A DNA stretch of 32,000 bases from Blochmannia endosymbiont of Camponotus modoc (lineage in GTDB: Bacteria > Pseudomonadota > Gammaproteobacteria > Enterobacterales > Enterobacteriaceae), in NCBI RefSeq assembly GCF_023585785.1, contig NZ_CP097765.1, forward strand, positions 90,001 through 122,000, given 5' to 3'. Shown one piece after another: positions 10,448 to 20,034 of this stretch. Position 1 is the first letter of the stretch; each line of letters begins with the position of its first letter. Below the pieces are notes generated by a model. The model did not search any database and had not been told where the DNA came from. It was given only the letters and a program-made list of their open reading frames with translations. The translations under genes and the position numbers were made by a program.

Positions 10448-11141
10448 TATTCCATTATTGCATTGCATCCAGTTAACAAAATATTATCAACGTGCTAATT
10501 TCTTAATTAGAGTGTTGAATTGCATTACTCTGAGTATACAACTTAATGAAATGATTGCTGTGGTAGGCGCATCTGGATCTGGTAAAAGTACATTGTTACA
10601 TTTGCTTGGAGGATTGGATAAACCAACTGAAGGAGAGATATTTTTTGAGGGTCATGCGCTACATAAGTTAACTGACAATGAACGTTCTGTGATACGTAAT
10701 AAACGGTTAGGGTTTGTTTATCAATTTCATCATTTATTGTTAGATTTTGATGTTTTAGAAAATGTAGCAATGCCCTTGTTGATTGGAGGTATTGAGTTTA
10801 ATCAGGCAAAAAGTAGAGCACAATGTGTATTAGAGTCAGTTGGATTAAAAAATCATATTCATTCTTTTCCGCATGAATTATCTGGAGGAGAAAGTCAACG
10901 AGTTACTGTAGCTCGGGCTATAGTAAATAATCCATCTTTAATATTAGCTGATGAACCAACTGGTAATTTAGATCAAAAAAATTCAGATAGTATTTTTCAA
11001 TTATTAAAAAAGTTAAATACATATTATGGCACAACTTTTGTAATAGCAACGCATGATTTAGATTTTGCTAAACAATGCCATAAAATATTAATGATATCTA
11101 ATGGTAAAATAAAACTGAGGCAGAATGATTCGTTTAGGTAA
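10440..11141 (+). CDS. lolD: Lipoprotein-releasing ABC transporter ATPase LolD
   Basis: Walker [17 protein letters not shown], signature [15 protein letters not shown], Walker [13 protein letters not shown]; 8-bp overlap with lolC. Confidence 0.96.
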   Translation: MADIPLLHCIQLTKYYQRANFLIRVLNCITLSIQLNEMIAVVGASGSGKSTLLHLLGGLDKPTEGEIFFEGHALHKLTDNERSVIRNKRLGFVYQFHHLLLDFDVLENVAMPLLIGGIEFNQAKSRAQCVLESVGLKNHIHSFPHELSGGESQRVTVARAIVNNPSLILADEPTGNLDQKNSDSIFQLLKKLNTYYGTTFVIATHDLDFAKQCHKILMISNGKIKLRQNDSFR

Positions 11142-11151
11142 TTGTTTATAA

Positions 11152-12387
11152 ATGATGTTGTCTTTGAAAATTGCATTAAAATTTCATCGAGGTTCGAGTG
11201 GTAATATTTTAATATCTTTAATGTCTTTGATTTCTGTTATTGGTATTACTATAGGAATATCTATATCTATAATTGCATTAAGTACAATGAATGGTTTTAA
11301 ATATGAATTAAGTAATCGTATTTTATCAGTTATTCCACATGGAGAAATTGAACCAATAAAAGCGCCATTCATTAATTGGCAAACAGTTTTAGAGTGTATT
11401 CGTCAGATACCAGATATTAGTCATGTGAATCCTTATATTAATTTTTATGGTGTTGTTGAATATAATAATAAATGGCATGTAGTTTATGTTAGAAGTGTAG
11501 ATTTAAAGCAAAACGTGAATGAAAACGCATTACTTAATTTTATAGAAAAAGATTCTTGGAAATATTTTTGTGAAAATATAGAAAAAATTATTTTAGGGAA
11601 AGGTATATCAGAAGATTTAGGAATTAAAGTGGGTGATTGGATTACCGTTTTGACTGCTCATGATTTTCGTTCGAACAATAAATTATTATCATCCAAAAAA
11701 ATTCGTTTACAAGTAGCTGGGATATTAAATTTAAATAGTCAATTAGACTGCAATATTGCAATAATGTCTTTATCAGATGTGCAACGTTATTATGATGAAA
11801 CGTCAGATGTTTCAGGCATAGCTATTAAGATTAACAATATTTTTTCTGTTAATAAAATACTGTATAAAATTCAAAGAATGCTTAACCATCAGGTTTGTAT
11901 GCGAAGTTGGATGGATACTTATGGGTATATTTATCAAGATATTCAAATGGTTCGCATAATTATATATTTATCAATGATATTAATTATAGGTATTTCTTGT
12001 TTTAATGTAGTTGCTGTACTGATTTTATCTATAAAAGACAAAAACTATGATATTGCGATAATACGCGCATTGGGGGCTAAAAATATTTTCATTCAATGTG
12101 TTTTTTTTTGGTATGGGTTAATTATTTATACAATTTCTAGTATTATAGGGACTGGATTGGGTATTTTTATAGCTTTTAATTTAACGAGTTTAATTACGAT
12201 ATGTAATGATTTATTGGGAAGTAAAATTTTATCAGAAGGAACTTATTTTATTAATTTTGTACCCGTTAAGCTAAACGAGTGGGACATATTGTTGGTATTA
12301 AGCACAACATTATTACTAGGTTCATTAACTAGTTGGTATGCAGCGTCAAAAATAAGGAAGGTTAATTTATCTAAAATCTTAAAATAG
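11152..12387 (+). CDS. lolE: Lipoprotein-releasing ABC transporter permease LolE
   Basis: Second LolC/E-type permease (ISIIALSTMNGFKYELSNRILSVIPHGEI) directly downstream of lolD. Confidence 0.92.
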   Translation: MMLSLKIALKFHRGSSGNILISLMSLISVIGITIGISISIIALSTMNGFKYELSNRILSVIPHGEIEPIKAPFINWQTVLECIRQIPDISHVNPYINFYGVVEYNNKWHVVYVRSVDLKQNVNENALLNFIEKDSWKYFCENIEKIILGKGISEDLGIKVGDWITVLTAHDFRSNNKLLSSKKIRLQVAGILNLNSQLDCNIAIMSLSDVQRYYDETSDVSGIAIKINNIFSVNKILYKIQRMLNHQVCMRSWMDTYGYIYQDIQMVRIIIYLSMILIIGISCFNVVAVLILSIKDKNYDIAIIRALGAKNIFIQCVFFWYGLIIYTISSIIGTGLGIFIAFNLTSLITICNDLLGSKILSEGTYFINFVPVKLNEWDILLVLSTTLLLGSLTSWYAASKIRKVNLSKILK

Positions 12388-12669
12388 CATGATCATGGTT
12401 TTTATTAGAGTATTATAATGGTGCTTTGAGTAGATCAATTGGTTAAATCATATGATCGGATTATTAATAAAATGTCAAGTTGATACAAATATAATAAGAT
12501 GATATACTATGTTTATAGTTTCAAAATATATGTGATTGTTATATATTAGAAATACAATATAACCTGAATCGTTTGGTTTGTTTCATATGTTTTATAGTAT
12601 TTATTTCATGGTTTCATTATTTTCACAATAATAATGATTAATTACATATATAATAATTGATTATTTTTA

Positions 12670-14052
12670 TTATATTATATCAGTGATGTCATTTGCCATG
12701 ACTGCTGCCAATCCTATGTAATCAAGTGGAGTGATCTTCTGTAATCGTATTTTTTCTGCTGCTGGTAATGGTAGTGATTCAATAAAAATTTTTATTTTTT
12801 CAGGATTAATCTTGGTATTATTGATGAATTGTTTTGTGCATTCATAAGATTCATGAATATTGTGTCGCCGCATTACTGTTTGAATAGCTTCGCTTAACAC
12901 TATCCAGTTTTTATTTAATTCGGTTAATACATGTTCTTTATTAACTGTCAGTGTTTTTATGCCTTTTAATACGCTATGGTAGGCAATTAAGGCATACCCC
13001 ATGGCCATGCCTAGATTTCTTAGAACAGTAGAATCGCTTAAATCACGTTGCCAACGTGATATTGGCAGTTTAGCGGAAAAATGGTTAAACATGGCATTTG
13101 CTAACCCTAAATTTCCTTCAGAATTTTCAAAGTTTATAGGATTTACTTTATATGGCATAGTAGAAGATCCAATTGTACTATTGTTATGATTTTGTTTAAA
13201 ATAATTAAGAGCAATATATCCCCATATGTCTCTATTAAAATTTATTAATATGGTATTAAATCGTGCAATGCAGTCGGATAGTTCGGCAATATAATCGTGT
13301 GGTTCTATTTGTGTTGTATAAGGGTTCCATTTCATGCCTAAAGATATAACAAACTCTTCACTGAATTTGCGCCAATTTATTTCTGGATATGCTATTATGT
13401 GAGCATTATAGTTTCCTACGGCACCATTAATTTTACCTAAAATTTTGATTGATTCTAATTGATGATATTGACGTATCAAACGGTATGCAATATTAGCCAT
13501 TTCCTTTCCGATAGTAGAAGGGGTAGCGGGTTGCCCATGGGTTCTAGATAACACAGGAATATCTTTATAATTAATACTCATTTTTTTTATTTCGTTAATA
13601 ATTTGTTTCCAAATAGGCAAAAAAATAGTTTTTTTGGCGTTAGTCAGCATCAATCCATATGCAAGATTGTTAATATCGTCTGAAGTACAAGCGAAATGAA
13701 TAAATTCTCTGATTTTTTTTAAATTAGGTAATATGTTTATTTTTTCTTTTAAAAAATATTCTATTGCTTTGAGATCATGATTGGTTATTTTTTCTATTTC
13801 TTGAATACGTTCTGCGTCTTTAATATTAAAGTTGATTGCCAGTTTATTTAAAAAATCACATTCGATTTGTGTAAAAGGTGGTATTTCTTTGATAGAAATT
13901 GTGTTAGCCAGTTTTTTTAACCAATGAATCTCTATTTGGACACGAAATTTTAGTAAACTAAATTCACTAAAAATATTACGTAAAGAATCAGTTTGTTTGT
14001 AGTAACGGCCATCAATAGGAGATATTACAGTTAAGGGCGATAATGTTATCAT
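12670..14052 (-). CDS. purB: Adenylosuccinate lyase
   Basis: 460 aa; LTPLTVISPIDGRYY-like N-terminus (SPLTVISPIDGRYYKQT), TRTHGQPATPSTIGKE-type motif, signature GSSTMPYKVNPINFEN. Confidence 0.98.
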   Translation of the reverse strand: MITLSPLTVISPIDGRYYKQTDSLRNIFSEFSLLKFRVQIEIHWLKKLANTISIKEIPPFTQIECDFLNKLAINFNIKDAERIQEIEKITNHDLKAIEYFLKEKINILPNLKKIREFIHFACTSDDINNLAYGLMLTNAKKTIFLPIWKQIINEIKKMSINYKDIPVLSRTHGQPATPSTIGKEMANIAYRLIRQYHQLESIKILGKINGAVGNYNAHIIAYPEINWRKFSEEFVISLGMKWNPYTTQIEPHDYIAELSDCIARFNTILINFNRDIWGYIALNYFKQNHNNSTIGSSTMPYKVNPINFENSEGNLGLANAMFNHFSAKLPISRWQRDLSDSTVLRNLGMAMGYALIAYHSVLKGIKTLTVNKEHVLTELNKNWIVLSEAIQTVMRRHNIHESYECTKQFINNTKINPEKIKIFIESLPLPAAEKIRLQKITPLDYIGLAAVMANDITDII

Positions 14053-14459
14053 TTTTTCCTCTTCATAATTAATTAGATGCTTATATTTTATATTTTATTT
14101 AAAAATTACAAGTTTATCCAAGATATAATATGTATATCTTATTGAATATTTTATATTTTTGTAAGAAAGTTTTATTTCATAAATATAGATGATTATATCG
14201 ATACTAGCATTAATGTTAAAAAATATATGGGATGATAATAATTAATGATAATTGATCATAATGATAGACATGATTTTGTAGAATATTCATATGATTGATT
14301 TATTGATATTTATTTAGGTGATTTTAGTTGTAACTAAACCCATAAAACTATAATATTTATTTAAAATGGAAGTGTAAATTACATGCAATAACTATTAGTT
14401 ATATTTGATCTTAATATAATTGATGTTTTTGATATTTGTTAGAACAATTATTCTAATAC

Positions 14460-15572
14460 TTAAGAATCTAAAAAAGGGTATATTTTTGTAATAATTCCCC
14501 CGCCCAAACAACGTTCTTTTAAATAAAATACTGCTGATTGTCCTGGTGTAATTGCTAAAACTGGAATTTTTAAAATAACTTTAAGATTGTTGTTTAAAAG
14601 GGGATATACTTGACATTGAATATCGGGGTGTCTATATCTGGTTTTAACTGTGCAATGTAAAGGGGATGCAAGTGCGTGTCGTTTTACCCATTGGGTTTGT
14701 TCAGTAATGAATGCGATAGACATGAGACGTGGATGATTACGTCCTTGTGCTGCAATTAATGTATTATTTGATATATTTTTATCTATTACGTACCATGGTT
14801 GTCCATTTCCTTGTTTCAGTCCACCTATTTTTAGGCCTTTTCTTTGTCCTAAGGTATAAAATGATACTCCTTGGTGCGCTCCGATTGTATCTCCATTTAT
14901 ATCGATTATAACTCCCGGTCGTATTGGTATATATTTACTAATAAAATCTTTAAATTTACGTTTACCAATAAAACAGATACCAGTTGAGTCTTTTTTGTTT
15001 GCTGTGATTAAGTTTAATTTTTTAGCAATATTTCTAACTTGAGATTTATTTAATGTTCCTACAGGAAATAAACATTGTTTAAGTTGTTTATAGCTTAGTG
15101 TATATAAAAAATAACTTTGATCTTTATTTCGGTCTGCACCACGCATCAGATAAGTTGTTTTATTCATATCAACACGGCGTACATAATGTCCGGTTGCAAT
15201 GAGATCTGCGCCTAGATCTTGCAATGCAAATTTTAAAAAATACTTAAATTTAATCTCTTTGTTACAAAGTATATCAGGATTGGGAGTTCGACCCGCTCTA
15301 TATTCTTGTAAAAATACTTGAAATACATCTTCCCAATATTCTTTAGAAAAATTTATGGTATGTAGATATATGCCCAAATTATCGCAAACAGCATGAGTAT
15401 CTGATAAGTCAGATGCTGATGCACAATGTTCTGTGTTGTCGTCATCTTCCCAATTTTTCATAAATAATCCTTCTACTTTATATCCTTTTTGTTGTAGCAA
15501 CCATGCAGATACAGAAGAATCTACACCACCAGACATGCCAACAATTACTTTTTTTGTGTGATTATATGACAT
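14460..15572 (-). CDS. mnmA: tRNA-specific 2-thiouridylase
   Basis: PP-loop [39 protein letters not shown]-rich [18 protein letters not shown] segment. Confidence 0.97.
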   Translation of the reverse strand: MSYNHTKKVIVGMSGGVDSSVSAWLLQQKGYKVEGLFMKNWEDDDNTEHCASASDLSDTHAVCDNLGIYLHTINFSKEYWEDVFQVFLQEYRAGRTPNPDILCNKEIKFKYFLKFALQDLGADLIATGHYVRRVDMNKTTYLMRGADRNKDQSYFLYTLSYKQLKQCLFPVGTLNKSQVRNIAKKLNLITANKKDSTGICFIGKRKFKDFISKYIPIRPGVIIDINGDTIGAHQGVSFYTLGQRKGLKIGGLKQGNGQPWYVIDKNISNNTLIAAQGRNHPRLMSIAFITEQTQWVKRHALASPLHCTVKTRYRHPDIQCQVYPLLNNNLKVILKIPVLAITPGQSAVFYLKERCLGGGIITKIYPFLDS

Positions 15573-16295
15573 AATTTATAAAAAAAATAAAACATCAAAT
15601 GATTTATATAGTATGTAATATAGAAACTTTATATTTTAAGTATTTACTTACATAAATGTATTCGGATAATAATAGTATACTGGATAATCTATACGATTTA
15701 TTTTTTAATTTTCAAAATATACATTTTAAAAAATTAAATATTTTTAACTCATATGCAAGATGAAATTAAAAGATATTTATTTGATCTATGAAGATAATGA
15801 TCTAGTGTATTAGATGAGATTATCATTATTCAAGGGTAATTTGACATGTAAATATCATATTCTTCTAAAGATGTTGTCAATTAATTATCTATTCTATCAA
15901 CGTACGTTGATTACTGTTATTACATATTCAATATATGGATAAATTACGATAGATCAAGATAATTTTTTATGTAATCAATTATTAAAAGATATACATAAAA
16001 AATCTATCTAATATTCGGATAATTGTTCTGTCTACTTAAGAGATCAGCACGATAGTCAAATATTTAATTTGTTTCTATGTTATACATATATATGTAGTGT
16101 TTATTATTTTTATTTACATATATAAATTATTTGATATATGGTGTTTACTAATATGGAGTATAGCAATGTAGATTGTGAACTGTATATTTACACATGTAAA
16201 CAAGTATATAACGATTATTATTTATTAAATATAACATCTACTTACGCAAATCGATAAAAAAGTATTATTATTTACAAGTAATATGAGATTTTATT

Positions 16296-16760
16296 ATGAC
16301 TAAAAATGATATAGAAGTATTGTCCAGTAATTTAGCATGTTTTCAAAAAAAAACAGATAATTTACAAGGATTTATCCAGGTTAGAGCAGCACATCGACGC
16401 GAGCTTGTTGATGATTATATTGAATTAATTGCAGATTTAATTCAAGAACGTGGGGAAGCGCGTCAGGTAGATTTAGCATTAAGACTTGGAGTAACGCAAC
16501 CAACAGTAGCAAAAATGTTAAAAAAGTTGATTGCTTCTTCATTAATTAAGCATAAACGTTATTGTGGAGTATCGTTGACAGAACAAGGAAGACAATTGGC
16601 TAATGAAAATCATATACGACACAAAATTGTAAAAACTTTTCTAATAGATTTAGGCATCAATAAAAAAATCGCTCAAAGAGATGCAGAAGGCATCGAGCAT
16701 CATGTTAGCAATGAAACATTGTTGGCATTTATTCAATTCTCTAAGCGCTTCAATAAATAA
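16296..16760 (+). CDS. mntR: Manganese-responsive DtxR-family transcriptional regulator MntR
   Basis: [47 protein letters not shown] and [15 protein letters not shown] closely match enteric MntR. Confidence 0.93.
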   Translation: MTKNDIEVLSSNLACFQKKTDNLQGFIQVRAAHRRELVDDYIELIADLIQERGEARQVDLALRLGVTQPTVAKMLKKLIASSLIKHKRYCGVSLTEQGRQLANENHIRHKIVKTFLIDLGINKKIAQRDAEGIEHHVSNETLLAFIQFSKRFNK

Positions 16761-17222
16761 TTATCTATGTACGTGATTTTATCTATGTATGTAATACATA
16801 GATGGTAAAAAGTAAATTTTAACATTGTGTATTATAATTATAGATATTTAATTTTGAGTTTTTGTTTTAATAATTTTTTTGTTTAAATTCATTTAAGTAA
16901 TTATTATTTAATTTTAGTAAAAAACGTATAAAACTTATGTTATCCTTATCTGTTAAAGAAATAAATATTTTGTTCTATACAGAACAGTCAATGTTTTTAA
17001 ATATTTTTAGTATAAACTTTAAGTATAATTATTTTTTGGTAACAAATATAACATGAATCATTATTCGTGTATTTATGTGTGTATCTATACATACATAGAT
17101 GTTCCTATATATTTTAATTATTAAAATTGTGAAAAAATTAATTTTTTAAAGTATGAGAGCATCACTTTTGTATAATAATTTTATGAAGAAATACATATTT
17201 TGATCATAAAAATCATGAAATT

Positions 17223-17867
17223 ATGAAGATATACATAATACATTTAGTTGTAATTTTGTTACTAACAACTTGTGCTCAAAAAAATATTGAAAAAAATACT
17301 ACATGGACATTATATACTAATTCAAAGTACAAGATAATTTGTTTTCCTAAACGAATTACACCGTCTATGTATAATGATTACATTCATTATTGTGCTATGA
17401 ATTATGGAGTAGATGCATCTTTAGTGAAAGCCATTATTCAAGTAGAATCTAATTATAATCCTGCTGTAATCAGTAAATCTAATGCTGTTGGGTTAATGCA
17501 GCTTAAAGCGGATACTGCAGGAAGAGATGCTTATCGTTTGAAAGGATGGAGAGGAGAACCTAGTATTCATGAATTAAAAAATGCTGCTGTTAATATTGAT
17601 CTTGGTACTGCTTATTTGTCTATATTGCAAAAACAATTAGAGGGAATTATTGATATAAAAACTAGACGCTATGCCATAATTGTTGCTTATGTGAATGGTT
17701 TAAGCGCATTATTGAAAACATTTTCTATTGATCGTAATTATGCTATTGAAAAAATAAACAAACTTAATCCCGAACAATTTTACCAACATATACAATCTCA
17801 TCATCCATCTAAGCAAGCGCAACGCTATTTATTTAAAGTTAATTCTATTTATATTACACAAAATTAA
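17223..17867 (+). CDS. emtA: Membrane-bound lytic murein transglycosylase EmtA/MltE family
   Basis: GVDASLVKAIIQVESNYNPAVISKSNAVGLMQLKADTAGRDAYRLKGWRGEP and HHPSKQAQRYLFK closely match EmtA; lipoprotein-like N-terminus with Cys after a hydrophobic stretch. Confidence 0.88.
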   Translation: MKIYIIHLVVILLLTTCAQKNIEKNTTWTLYTNSKYKIICFPKRITPSMYNDYIHYCAMNYGVDASLVKAIIQVESNYNPAVISKSNAVGLMQLKADTAGRDAYRLKGWRGEPSIHELKNAAVNIDLGTAYLSILQKQLEGIIDIKTRRYAIIVAYVNGLSALLKTFSIDRNYAIEKINKLNPEQFYQHIQSHHPSKQAQRYLFKVNSIYITQN

Positions 17868-18320
17868 TTATAATCATAGTGTATATTTATAAAAATATTT
17901 TATTTTTGATAAAATTTTGTAAGATATACTTTATGGTTATTGTGATTTGATAGAACATATTATTAGTATAATTTGTTCATAGTAAGTTAATTTTATGTAA
18001 TTTAAATAAGTAAATGGTATATTTAATTTCGGTTGTTGTTAAAATAAATAAATACAGGATATTGAAATTTTGAACGATAATAAACAGTTGGTCTGACTAA
18101 GTTAAATTGGCTATAATGATATTGAAAATATTATAATATTTTCTTTTTCTAATTATTTAATTAGAAAAACTTTATCTTATGCAGAGAATAATTTGTGTCT
18201 ATCTATTTGATAGATAATATATGTATTTATATGCAGTGATACATATTCATCATTGTTGAGCAGATATAAATGTCAGTTTATTTTAATGATTTAGATATAT
18301 ACGATTGATTTATATTTTTT

Positions 18321-18385
18321 TAGGGGCATCCCTATTCTGGGGAGTACCTATTAACAACGAATTAAAAAATAATAATTTTTTAATT
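18321..18385. other. GC-rich stem-like element (18321-18350) followed by an AT-rich perfect stem-loop (18360-18385)
   Basis: taggggcatccctattctggggagtaccta with outer TAGG/CCTA and inner TCCC/GGGA pairings, then aattaaaaaat-aata-attttttaatt (11-bp arms, 4-nt loop). Confidence 0.4.
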
Positions 18386-18798
18386 TTTGTGATGTTTATT
18401 TTATAATGTGATTTTTTTAGTAAAAATTTAAGAATTAAAACAATGCGATAATGTCTTATAAGAGAATAGTATTATTTTTTAAATAAATAGTTGATAGATA
18501 TCATCTATAGTGTTTGTTAAATTTTAACAAAAGGGAAATGTGTTGAATTTAGTTAGTTTATTTAACGAATTTATAAATGGGTGTTTTCATTGAAGAAGTG
18601 GTTTTTGATTGAAAGAATATATAAATAAATGTATTTTATTTTTCATATGTTTTTAGGAATTATTAGTGAATAATGCGTACAATCCAGGTAAGTTGTTGCA
18701 AGCGCATATTGTTATTATATGCATGTTGTATAAAAATTAAAAATTTTAGAGTTAAAAATCAAGATAATATGAATTATATTATTATTTATTTGATTGTG

Positions 18799-19437
18799 TT
18801 ATGTAATTTCGGTGCATTGCATAATGCAGTCATTGCATTCAAATCCCAATTCTGAATGAAAAGCGCAAATGTTACATGAGTTTATTTCTTTACAACAATA
18901 TAGTTTAATATGATCTTTTTTAGTGTATAAGTACACAAAACCAATGCTGAGTAATATTACGACCATTATCGTCAGGGTAATCATATATTTTATATGAGCT
19001 TTGATATTTAGTAAAATAGAAGATGATAATAAATTATTGTTTTGATCTGTGGTTTTATGTAGAGGGGAAGATACGCATGGTCTATCTTCGTGTATTTTTT
19101 CTATAATCAATTGATTGTTTAACTTTAAACCTCGTTTAGGAATAGTTATAATGGATGAGGAATCTAATCCAAAAGATGTTAAAGTTTTTCGTATTAAACT
19201 AATTTGTTGATTTAAGTTGCCGTTAGATGGTTCCAGTCCATAAGCTCTCCAAACGATTGAAAACAAATGTTCTCGAGTGACTGGCGCACAAATATCAATA
19301 TTGTGTCGTTTAATTAGCTCTTCTAATACCCGTCCAGCAGAATTAGATAATTTTACTGATGTATTGGAATCAGTTAATGATGTCAGAGTATACTCTGTAG
19401 TGTCAAATATTATAGTCGATTGAATGACATATTTCAT
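18799..19437 (-). CDS. Membrane-anchored ToxR/CadC-like winged-helix regulator with cysteine-rich C-terminal tail
   Basis: N-terminal Trans_Reg_C-like domain (VTREHLFSIVWRAYGLEPSNGNLNQQISLIRKTL..., IITIPKRGLKL), one hydrophobic segment (YMITLTIMVVILLSIGFVYLY), then a tail CCKEINSCNICAFHSELGFECNDCIMQC. Confidence 0.78.
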   Translation of the reverse strand: MKYVIQSTIIFDTTEYTLTSLTDSNTSVKLSNSAGRVLEELIKRHNIDICAPVTREHLFSIVWRAYGLEPSNGNLNQQISLIRKTLTSFGLDSSSIITIPKRGLKLNNQLIIEKIHEDRPCVSSPLHKTTDQNNNLLSSSILLNIKAHIKYMITLTIMVVILLSIGFVYLYTKKDHIKLYCCKEINSCNICAFHSELGFECNDCIMQCTEIT

Positions 19438-19672
19438 GTAATTACTCTATATGAACTGTACGTGGATAAATCAACATTTGCGTCAGCTGTTTACATAAGA
19501 TTCAGATAATATATTTTTTTTATTAAAATATATATAGATACTATAAAAAGTATTTCATTATAAAAATGCATTAACATGATTGTAATGCGTGTTATTTAGA
19601 TTGCGCGCGTTTGCAATTTATTTTTTGATAGTATAACAACATTTTGTAAAAATCTAGCATATTAGTACGTGT

Positions 19673-19715
19673 ACTGCTCAAAATCAATATCGTCTTAATA
19701 TTGATTTTGAGCAGT
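19673..19715. repeat. Perfect 18-bp inverted repeat with 7-nt spacer in the divergent intergenic region
   Basis: actgctcaaaatcaatat - cgtctta - atattgattttgagcagt, read directly. Confidence 0.9.
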
Positions 19716-20034
19716 TAATTCTTGTGATAAATTAAATAAAACGTGTTAACTAAACTTTAGTTGAAGATATAGAAATAGTAAGTACTTTAATTTCCTCAGT
19801 GTTAGTGTAATGTTGCAAATTCAATGTTATATAGATCACAATTTCTTTTTAAGAAATATGATATTTGTAAATAATTTCAAGATTATTTTTTTAGTCAGAA
19901 ACGATCGATTTTGATCAAGATTGTTAATATTATCTATTTATCTGATTTTATATTAGAAGAAATTAAGTTTTTAATATATATTGTAATAATGATATTAGTA
20001 TCTTGAAAAGAATGCAATAGTTACGAGCATACAT

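Noticed and set aside
10543-11372. Minus ORFs 10543-10770 and 11184-11372 in lolD/lolE
   Set aside because: Antisense shadows.
12388-12669. Intrinsic terminator between convergent lolE and purB
   Set aside because: No GC-rich stem with T-tract found by eye.
13001-14911. Plus ORFs 13001-13189 and 14729-14911 over purB and mnmA
   Set aside because: Antisense shadows of conserved minus-strand genes.
15793-15829. Possible Fur-like box (gataatgat ... atcattat)
   Set aside because: Half-sites are 20 bp apart and nearly expected by chance in such AT-rich DNA; no nearby start codon (mntR is about 470 bp away).
18321-18360. Manganese (yybP-ykoY) riboswitch upstream of an exporter gene
   Set aside because: Only the ggggagta string resembles the motif. 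The remaining aptamer elements and a downstream plus-strand gene within a plausible distance are missing, so it is kept only as an unassigned structure.
18673-18855. 60-aa plus ORF near the 3' end of the regulator
   Set aside because: Short, hydrophobic, no family match, overlaps the well-supported regulator 3' end. It would only be of interest if transcription were shown.
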